Positions 1 through 8,640 are shown, counted from the first letter of the stretch. The stretch: 9,865 nucleotides of DNA from Octopus sinensis (GCF_006345805.1 NW_021827864.1:1-9865), one strand, 5' to 3'. Notes: generated by a model from the sequence alone, not told the origin. Numbers and translations: made by a program.

Positions 1-480
1 AGGCCTTGAGTATTCCTGGGTAGGTGTTTTAGGTTCCTATTATTTTGATTATCATTTCTATAGTTGGTGCTGATATCTAAAGTATTGCTATTATTTATTG
101 ATCCTTCTGTTTAATCATTTAGGTGTAAAGTCCTACCAAAGATTTCTTATATTATTCGTAATGTTATTATTATTGTTAGTCTTTTTATCCAACTGCATAT
201 TATTGTTATAGATATCACTGATATTTTCATTCTCCTTATTTTCTCCATTAGCCTTATTTCTATTATTTCTATTATTAACAATATTACTTCTATTAATATC
301 GGCATTGTTATTATTACTATTAATGTTAATGTTATTAGTCACTGTGGTTACTAATTTCACCTATGTTTTGATAGTTCTATTGCTGTTTTATTGTTGGTAG
401 TATTATTGTTATGCTATTGGTATTCATGCTGATATTATTTTTTATTTCTATCTTTCCTGGCTAGTTTAATGTTGTTATTA
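1..480 (-). other. Asn-rich low-complexity linker of the PLE ORF (includes ORF-track 133-360)
   Basis: Lies directly downstream of PNMSTLIAK on the PLE sense strand; AAT/AAC-rich, with long N-rich open stretches separated by frameshifts. Confidence 0.55.
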
Positions 481-484
481 TAAT

Positions 485-1775
485 TTTAGCTATTAAAGTG
501 GACATATTTGGGGGTTGAATATAAGAAATCCTCTGTTTTCCTAGAAATAATTCTATGATATCTATGAGAGATAGGGAAATTTTTTTTCCAGAATCACTTT
601 GATTGTTCTGTATATCCGATTGTATCGCACAGTTGAACGGAATATTCAGCCATAACTATATTTTTATAAATTTAGGGTTGTAGAATTACTACTATTCATC
701 TACCGGGAGTTATTGTATTTATTACCATTATTTGATTTTATTTGTGTGCATCTTAGGTTTAGCTACTTCAATATTATCCGAGTTCCTATGTTCTGGTCAA
801 TGCTCTATTTGAATTGTTGGGCCTGTACTCTAGATTAGCGTTTACCGTTAATTTAATTCTACTTTATTTCGGGCTTGGTCTTTTTGCTGCTTACGTGATT
901 ACTGATAACTTCATTATTAGGAATACTTGAGTTCCCCTTATCAACGAATGTAATCTTTGGTTGTATCCAGCCTAGTTAACGCCGCATTATAAATGCTCAG
1001 AATGGGAGTTAAATATATCCTTATTGGATGATAACTTTGAAATTCTTAATGAAATATTTCTTACTAAAGATTCTATTATAGGGGGGATGATTGATAATTT
1101 ATTTACGTAATTCGTGACTTCGCCTTCCTTTCTAAATGGGTAATGTAGCTTGGAGTTAAGGTTCTAGGGTAATATCTAGGAAAATTAGCTATTTTAGTGC
1201 CCGGTTCATACGTTATACTGAGGTTGAAATCCTAAAGAAAACTTATTAATGTTCTTTCTAATCCTTTCTATAACAGATTTATTATTACTAGGATAACAAA
1301 CAGAGCATCATCCTATATAGACCCCCCTGTATTTCGGGGATATCTTGCTTATGCATTTAATAGATATGCGCCTACTCGGTTGGTACCTCAGCCGAATCAC
1401 TGGACCCATTGGTATAATCAAAAAAATTTGGTGTATCTGCTCTAGTCCATAATTTATCTTCCAATTCATAATGTCTTTCCTAGCTAGTAGCACAATATTG
1501 ATTTCTTCTCTAGTTATGAGGGAGCGATTCATGGCAAATATTAGTGATTTGTGAGTAAGATAGGGGAAATGCTAGAGTAATAACTATTAATATCGAACTG
1601 AAAAAGGACAGACTACTGTAGTAGTTAGAGAGAGTTAAACCATTTAGAACTTCGTCGGTACTTAGCCAAGGTTTAAGGGAGAAGAGGGGTTATTGGGTTT
1701 AGAAACAGTATCCAGGATAGATTTACTAAGTCGGCCAATGTCCGACTTAGTTGGACAGATCAGCCTTACCGAAGG
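485..1775 (-). pseudogene. Frameshifted PLE reverse transcriptase plus thumb and linker
   Basis: Read directly: PSVRLICPTKSDIGRLSKSILD (from 1775), WLSTDEVL (from 1668), QFDINSYYSSISP (1600-1562, motif A Asp), PMG/SDSAEV (1412-1384), GLYR/DDALFVI (1323-1292, one G missing; catalytic DD), NF/LDITL (~1187-1164), PFRKEGEVTNYVNKLS/NHPP (~1139-1082), IIESLVRNISLRISKLSSNKDIFN (from ~1079), WLNIPFNCAIQSDI (652-611), SHRYHRIISRKT (569-534), PNMSTLIAK (511-485). These match my recollection of the RLINP-KSEIG / FDI-FYPSI / MGS-DGAE / GLYRDD / NFLDVTL / SNHPP / WFNPP PLE consensus. Confidence 0.88.
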
Positions 1776-1783
1776 GTATCAAG

Positions 1784-1930
1784 ATATATTATATATATAT
1801 ATATTATATATATATATGTATATATATACATATATATATATATACATATATATATTATCTATACATTATATATATTATTACATATATATATTAATATATA
1901 AAATATATAATAATATATATACATATATAT

Positions 1931-1973
<43 letters not shown>

Positions 1974-2131
1974 TATAGAATATTATACATATTATATCAT
2001 ATATATATATATTATATATAACATATATATATATATATATATATAGATATTCTTATATATATATATACATATATATATATATACATATATTATATATATA
2101 TATAATATATACATATTATATAAATATAGAG

Positions 2132-2163
<32 letters not shown>

Positions 2164-2330
2164 TATATATATATAGATATATATATATATATAGACAATA
2201 TATATATATATATATACATACATCTATATATATACATATATATATTATATATATACATAGATATATATATATATTATACATATATATATATATATATATT
2301 ATAATATATATATATATATATAACATATAC

Positions 2331-2367
<37 letters not shown>

Positions 2368-2376
2368 CATATATAT

Positions 2377-2407
<31 letters not shown>

Positions 2408-2520
2408 ATACATATATATATATATATATATAGATATATATATACATATATCATATATATATATTATACATATATATATATATATAGATATATACCATAT
2501 ATATAATATATATATATATA

Positions 2521-2557
<37 letters not shown>

Positions 2558-2755
2558 CCATATATATACATATATACATGTATAATATATATATATATGA
2601 TTATATATATAACATATATATAGATATATATATAAGATATATATATATATAATATACATAGATATCATCTATATATATATTATATAGATTAATATTATAT
2701 ACATTATTAGATATATATATATATAGAGAATATATATATATATATATATATATAG

Positions 2756-2786
<31 letters not shown>

Positions 2787-2940
2787 GATATAACATATAT
2801 ATATATATATAGATATATATAACATTTAAGATATATATATATACATAGATATATAGATATATATAGATATATATACATATATTATATATATATATACTAT
2901 ATATATATATATATAGATTATATAATATATAGATATATAG

Positions 2941-2971
<31 letters not shown>

Positions 2972-3108
2972 GAATATACGATATATAGATATTACATTAT
3001 ACTATATATATATATAGATATATTAATATACTATATCTATAGATATATAGTATATATATATATATATATATAATATATAATAGATACTAATATATATATT
3101 ATATATAC

Positions 3109-3139
<31 letters not shown>

Positions 3140-3501
3140 ATATATATACATATATAATATATTACATATATATATATATATATATATAGATATATAATAT
3201 ATACATATATATATATATATACATATATATATAATATATATATCAATATATATATATATAGATATATACATATCTATATATATATACATATATATATATA
3301 TATTACAGTATATATATATATATATACATATAATATATATATACATATATATATATATATTACATATATATATTATATATACATTATATTATATATATAT
3401 ACATATCTTATATATATATATACATATATATATATTAATATATATATATATATATATACAATATATATACATATAATAATATAATACATATATATATATA
3501 C

Positions 3502-3544
<43 letters not shown>

Positions 3545-3545
3545 T

Positions 3546-3577
<32 letters not shown>

Positions 3578-3603
3578 CATATATATAATATATAATATAT
3601 CAT

Positions 3604-3641
<38 letters not shown>

Positions 3642-3690
3642 CATATATATATTATATAATATATATATAATATACATATATATATATATA
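1784..3690. repeat. Degenerate (TA)n microsatellite array, ~1.9 kb
   Basis: Direct inspection; interrupted mainly by TACA and TAGA. Confidence 0.98.
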
Positions 3691-3831
3691 CTTTATTTTA
3701 AGCAGCAGAAAATTCAACAAAAAAGTTACTCTGAGTTTCTCGTTGCCGTTCATCAGACTGTTTTTGCTAGATTCTAGCAAAAAACTGTCCGACTTAGTGG
3801 ACAGATCAGCCTTACCGAAGGGTTATCCAAG
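3691..3831 (-). mobile_element. Chimeric mini-PLE fragment: hammerhead-bearing pLTR arm joined to a copy of the RT 5' end
   Basis: 3691-3789 is a near copy of 5336-5431, and 3786-3831 is a near copy of 1739-1783. The two parts overlap in a 4-nt microhomology TGTC (3786-3789). Flanked by TA on both sides. Confidence 0.85.
3719..3765 (-). ncRNA. Minimal type I hammerhead ribozyme, family A, copy 1
   Basis: Minus strand: AAAAACAGT-CTGATGA(3756-3750)-A-CG-GCAA-CG-A-GAA-ACTC-A-GAGT-A/ACTTTTTTG. Core intact; stem I is AGT/ACT, one mismatch, then A5/T5; predicted GUA cleavage between 3727 and 3726. Confidence 0.68.
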
Positions 3832-3832
3832 A

Positions 3833-3879
<47 letters not shown>

Positions 3880-4077
3880 ACATATATATATATATATATA
3901 GATAGATATATATATATACATATATATATATATACTTTGATATTATATATATCTATATATATACATATATATATATTATATATACATATATATATATATA
4001 ATAATTACATAATATATATATATATATATTATATATAATATATATAGATATACATATATAATATATATAATATATAG

Positions 4078-4108
<31 letters not shown>

Positions 4109-4735
4109 TTATATATATCTATATATATTATATATATTATATATATATATAGATATACATATAATATTATTATATATATAGATATATATATATATATATA
4201 TATAAGATTAATATATTATATATATATATATAGATTATATATATATATCTTCATACATATATATATATATATATACATTCATATATATATACATACATAT
4301 AATATCTATATATATCTACATATTATATTATATATATATTTTACTATATACATATATATATATATTTACATCTTATACCTTATTATATATATATATATAT
4401 ATTCATCTATATATATATATCTATCCCTTAATATTATATCTACATATATATATATATATATATATATAATATACATTTAGATATATATATATATATATAT
4501 ATACTACTCTATTATAATATATATATATATATACATTATATTTATATATTATATAGATTATATACATATATATACCTATTATACATATATATATATATAT
4601 ATAACAGATATATATATATATAATATATTATATATATATAGATATATATTTAGAAATAGATATATATATATATATAGATATATATTAATATATATAATCT
4701 ATAGATAATATATATATAGTTATATATATAGATAT

Positions 4736-4773
<38 letters not shown>

Positions 4774-4833
4774 CATAATTATATATATATATATATATAT
4801 ATCTACATATATATATATAGATATATATATATC

Positions 4834-4865
<32 letters not shown>

Positions 4866-5057
4866 ATACTCTATATATATATATATATATATATCTATAT
4901 ATATATATATATATATATATATCTATATATTATTATATATATATCTATATATATATATATATGTATATATATCTATAGATATATAATATATATGTATTAT
5001 ATCTTATATATATATATATTGTTATATATATATATATATATCTATATAATATATATC

Positions 5058-5109
<52 letters not shown>

Positions 5110-5258
5110 ATATATATATACATATATATATATATTATTATATATATACATATATATATATATATATAATATATAACATATATATATATATATATATATA
5201 TCTACATATATATATATAGATACATATTATATATATATATTATATACTATATATATAC

Positions 5259-5333
<75 letters not shown>

Positions 5334-5335
5334 TA
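3832..5335. repeat. Degenerate (TA)n microsatellite array, ~1.5 kb
   Basis: Direct inspection; interruptions TACA, TAGA and TCTA. Confidence 0.98.
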
Positions 5336-5366
5336 CTTATTTAAGCAGCAGAAAATTCAACAAAAT

Positions 5367-5403
5367 CTGTTACTCTGAGTTCTCGTTGCCGTTCATCAGA
5401 CTG
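5367..5403 (-). ncRNA. Minimal hammerhead, family A, left-arm copy with apparent core defect
   Basis: Same fold on the minus strand, but reads GAACTC instead of GAAACTC (one A missing) and has an A.A mismatch in stem I (CAGT/ACAG). The missing A could be a sequencing indel. Confidence 0.5.
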
Positions 5404-5426
5404 TTTTTGCTAGATTCTAGCAAAAA

Positions 5427-5464
5427 CTGTCTGATGAACGGCAACGAGAAACTCAGAGTAACAG
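5427..5464 (+). ncRNA. Minimal type I hammerhead ribozyme, family A, best copy
   Basis: CTGT (stem I 5') - CTGATGA 5431-5437 - A-CG-GCAA-CG-A (2-bp stem II, GNRA loop, A.A closure) - GAAA 5448-5451 - palindromic stem III ACTC-A-GAGT 5451-5459 - A5460 (GUA cleavage site) - ACAG (stem I 3', perfect with CTGT). Confidence 0.8.
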
Positions 5465-5569
5465 ATTTTACTGAATTTCTGCTGCTTAAAATAAAGCATA
5501 TTACTCTACCACTGGTATTTGAGTAGTACTCTTTTTTTCCACCTTGTTTCACTTATGTGTTTACTCCGG

Positions 5570-5575
5570 TATATA

Positions 5576-5627
<52 letters not shown>

Positions 5628-5643
5628 TATATAAATAATAATA

Positions 5644-5693
<50 letters not shown>

Positions 5694-5710
5694 ATATATA
5701 TACATATTAT
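5570..5710. repeat. (TA)n microsatellite
   Basis: Direct inspection. Confidence 0.97.
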
Positions 5711-6316
5711 ATACATAAATAAATATAAGAGAATGGTCATATGTGGCTCATTCTAGCACTAGAAAATCCAAAAGTTTCAACCACAAAAATACATGTTAAT
5801 ATTTTATATATATTATAAAATATTATAATAATCCAGGTTTCTCGAGGCACTGGGCCATGGTGTTGAATAGATATGCTTTAAATTAGTATCTTAATTCTCT
5901 CACCTTATAATAATTATAATTATGCTACATTTATTCTAAACGTAGTATTTGTTTCCGTTGAAAGTTTGGCGCGCTGTTGGTAAGGGCATTTGAATTATAA
6001 CGTCGGATGTAATAATGAACCACACGCGTATTTATCGTTATGGTAAAATCTGGCGGTGATTGAGTGGATTTCATCCAGATAGTTTTGGCTGAGGAGCTAC
6101 AAGTGGGTTTTTTGTAAGTAAAATTACATTTAATTCATTAATAGCGAAACAATTGTCCCAAAATAATCTGTATTTTTGTTATTTTTTATTTGCCCTGTTC
6201 GTGTGAGCTAACAATCGTACTGACTTTCATAGAAAAAATTGTTGTGGTTGAAACCTTTTGGATTTCTAGTGCTAGAATGAGCCACAAGTGACCATTCTCT
6301 TATATTATTTTTGTAT
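5711..6316. repeat. Inverted repeat A'/A: 5711-5790 and ~6238-6316
   Basis: ATAAGAGAATGGTCATATGTGGCTCATTCTAGCACTAGAAAATCCAAAAGTTTCAACCACAA versus the reverse complement of TTGTGGTTGAAACCTTTTGGATTTCTAGTGCTAGAATGAGCCACAAGTGACCATTCTCTTAT. Confidence 0.96.
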
Positions 6317-6441
6317 AAAATATTATAATATATTATAAAATATTATAAAATCCAGGTTTCTCGAGGCACTGGGCCACTTGGTGTTGAATAGATATGCTAT
6401 AAATTAGTATCTAATTCTCTCACCCTTATTAATTAATTATA
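5800..6441 (+). repeat. Direct repeat B: ~5800-5923 and ~6320-6441, period 519 bp
   Basis: CCAGGTTTCTCGAGGCACTGGGCCA..GGTGTTGAATAGATATGCT..AATTAGTATC..AATTCTCTCACC starts at 5833 and at 6352. Confidence 0.96.
6083..6163 (+). ncRNA. Type I hammerhead ribozyme, family B
   Basis: Stem I TTTTGG 6083-6088 / CCAAAA 6158-6163 (6/6); core CTGAGGA 6089-6095; stem II GCTA 6096-6099 / TAGC 6142-6145 with canonical G10.1-C11.1; GAAA 6146-6149; palindromic stem III ACAATTGT 6149-6156; canonical GUC site, cleavage after C6157. Confidence 0.88.
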
Positions 6442-6694
6442 TATATACATATATATATATATATTATATATACATATATATATATACAATATATATTATA
6501 CATACATATACATATAATACATACATATAATACATATATATATACATACATATACATATAATATATTACATACAATAAACATATATATACATACAAACAT
6601 ATATATACATACATATAATATATATATATATATACATACATATATATATATATACATATATATATATTATACATACATATATATATATACATAC

Positions 6695-6729
<35 letters not shown>

Positions 6730-6986
6730 CAACATAATATATTATATATATTACATACATATATATATATATATATATATACATTACATATAATATATAT
6801 ATAACATATAATTATATATACATACATATATATATATATATACATACATATATATCTATATATTATATATACATACATGTATATATATATACATACATAT
6901 ATATATATATATATACATACATATATATATATATATACATACATATATATATACCTATATATATACATATATATATACATATATTA

Positions 6987-7033
<47 letters not shown>

Positions 7034-7088
7034 TACACACACAAACCTATACGTATGTGTGTGTGTGTGTGTGTGGTGTGTAGTGTGT
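6442..7088. repeat. (TA)n/(TACA)n microsatellite grading into (CA)n and (TG)n
   Basis: Direct inspection. Confidence 0.96.
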
Positions 7089-8044
7089 AGACTAAGACTC
7101 TCTCCTTCAAAAGTGCTCCCATGCAAAATTTCAGCTACCAAAGAGCAAAACTGTTACCTACAAAATAAAATATGTATATTATATTCTCACACACAGACAT
7201 ACACATATATGTCTGTGTAGACGCATGCACACACACACACACAACACAGAGCACCATGTGAAATTAGGATAAAGTGTCTGTTTGCTGCCATTACTTGGTC
7301 AAACAAATGGACCTGGAAGAATTTAGCAGTTGAACCAACGGTTGACAGCACAGAGGCTGAGGTTGTAACGCAGTCGCGTAGCAAGCTAGAAATAGCGGCC
7401 AACCGCTTCGGAAACATATTCTACTTGTCTTCTAATTTACTGGTGCTTTCGACCAGTTTTCCGATTAACCAACACATTGAGTTATAATGTACGAAGTTCA
7501 GTATTCCACAGACACGTGCATTCTCAATGTAATTTCTAGGCAGAATGTGCGACAAGGTTGACCCTTAAGGTACAATTCATCCGACGGGCCGACATAGTTT
7601 CCGTTATCTCAGTTTCAGTGACAAGTGTGTTTGCCATCTAGTGTGATCGAACCTCGCATTTCATGATTGCCGAGTAAACTTCTTGACCATGCATACCCCT
7701 AAAAAGACGGTTATAGTAACATACATCAGCATCGACTAACAGTCTAAACAACACCACCAACACACACACACGCACACACACAATATTAGAGACAGCCGGT
7801 TGCTCAGTTGGAAAACAGCCGCCACCTCAGTGTATTGAGCATTGCGACACCTGCACAAGTACTTTCTGAGATGCTGACATTGCAGTTTTATCATTATCTC
7901 ACTATATTTCACATCAGACAATGGACATTATAGGAATGACTGGGGCGGGAGGAAGTGCTAGCGTGTCACCTACTCCTTTTGCATATAACATGTGCAGTTA
8001 AGTGTGGACGAGTGACTAATATATCATTACAGCGACCAAAATAA

Positions 8045-8140
8045 TTTTAATTATTATTTTTATTTATTATTATTATTATATATTTTTTGCTTGCTACACC
8101 AGGCTAGCTCCTATCCAGACTCTGATCTAAAAGGACATTA
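8045..8140 (-). repeat. (TTA)n tract plus old dispersed-repeat fragment
   Basis: CCAGGCTAGCTCCTATCCAG (8099-8118) matches CCAGGTTAGCTGCAATCCGG (9323-9342) at 16/20. The adjacent TTA tract could be a retroposon tail. Confidence 0.45.
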
Positions 8141-8510
8141 CTCTAGATCTTTCATTGGGAAGACTCGTTAAACTTAACGAATTTTTTCATGTGATTATCT
8201 GTCACATGTAATCTCTTCGTGTTTTCCATAAAGACAAACATAATCGCGGTTTCTATTTGAAATACTTCTTACACGATCCTTGTTCTTTCTTTATAGTTCT
8301 TTATGTTTTATATTGTTCCAATCACTAGATGCGGTCGTGCTGGGGCACCACCCTGAATTTTTGGTAAAAAAAATCGACCCCAATACATATTTACTTATTT
8401 TTTCTTTTCAGCTTGGTACTTATCCTATCGGTCCTCTTTACCGAACTGCTAAGTTACGAAGCGTAAACACGCCAATACCGGTTTCCAAGCAGTGAGGTGG
8501 CGGGTGACAA

Positions 8511-8557
8511 ACACACACACACACGCACGCGCGTGCGCTCGAACGTGTGTGTTTGTG

Positions 8558-8593
<36 letters not shown>

Positions 8594-8605
8594 TATTATA
8601 TATAT
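8511..8605. repeat. Compound (CA)n-(CG)-(TG)n-(TA)n microsatellite inside the SINE
   Basis: Direct inspection; includes the perfect 14-bp palindrome CGCACGCGCGTGCG at 8524-8537. Confidence 0.92.
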
Positions 8606-8640
8606 ATGACTGAATCAAGTAAAAGAATAAAAGAAGATAA
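8606..8640 (+). mobile_element. Short SINE 3' tail fragment in opposite orientation to the host SINE
   Basis: ATGACTGAATCAAGTAAAAGAATAAAAGAAGATAA resembles the reverse complement of the host tail at 8297-8326 (roughly 70% by eye). Confidence 0.5.

Larger units (their letters stand above)
1..1783 (-). mobile_element. Penelope-like retroelement (PLE), 5'-truncated within RT; continues beyond window start
   Basis: Minus-strand translation with single-base frame corrections gives the PLE RT motifs in the correct order, then the post-RT W-x-N-x-P-F block. The element ends abruptly at ~1783 against a (TA)n array. No GIY-YIG motif inside the window. Confidence 0.9.
5336..5496. repeat. Near-perfect palindrome, ~80-bp arms, 1-nt spacer at 5415
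   Basis: Centre GCTAGA-T-TCTAGC. Arms differ by three substitutions (T5402/T5428; AC5360-5361/AC5470-5471) and a few 1-nt homopolymer indels. Confidence 0.97.
5336..5569 (+). mobile_element. PLE pseudo-LTR fragment with inverted 5' duplication
   Basis: The sense arm 5416-5569 carries a hammerhead and ends ...GTTTACTCCGG abutting TA. It is preceded by an inverted copy of its first ~80 bp. Inverted pLTR fragments with hammerheads are an established PLE insertion pattern. Confidence 0.75.
5711..6441 (+). mobile_element. Non-autonomous hammerhead-bearing element (retrozyme-like or PLE pLTR derivative), layout A'-B-C-A-B
   Basis: Direct repeat B, inverted repeat A'/A, type I hammerhead in C, no ORF of note, and both ends abut TA arrays. 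Confidence 0.72.

Noticed and set aside
133-360. 75-aa Asn-rich ORF as a standalone gene (e.g. Plasmodium- or Dictyostelium-like)
   Set aside because: It is collinear with and downstream of PLE motifs on the same strand, so it is better explained as a frameshift-bounded piece of the PLE linker.
590-610. In-frame TGA after WLNIPF as selenocysteine recoding (reported for some Naiad PLEs)
   Set aside because: The local frame is disturbed by indels, the TGA is not at a Cys position, and the domain order is not the N-terminal-endonuclease Naiad type.
5370-5756. ORFs 5370-5552 (-) and 5544-5756 (+)
   Set aside because: They overlap the hammerhead palindrome and TA tract; no protein motifs.
5711-6316. 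MITE with 80-bp TIRs
   Set aside because: Homology continues past the right arm as direct repeat B, no TSD is evident and a hammerhead lies inside; a retro-insertion with 5' inversion fits better.
3691-6441. CRISPR-like repeat-spacer array
   Set aside because: Repeats are 45-125 bp, irregularly spaced by microsatellite and in mixed orientation; the context is eukaryotic with no cas genes.
1693-7141. Numerous YI/YM/CI-rich ORFs in the ORF track
   Set aside because: They are translations of (TA)n/(TACA)n/(TG)n microsatellites, which seldom contain stops. The non-repetitive starts overlap PLE or repeat fragments.
7092-7160. Possible DNA-transposon fragment (CCATGCAAAATTTCAGCT)
   Set aside because: No partner TIR or TSD was found; the resemblance is too vague to support a call.
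7250-7487. Met-less open frame on + strand (IKCLFAAITWSNKW...INQHIEL) as a possible exon
   Set aside because: No recognisable homology or convincing splice sites. It overlaps GCTAGAAATAGCGGCCAA (7385-7402), which looks like a fragment of the dispersed repeat at 9322-9480.
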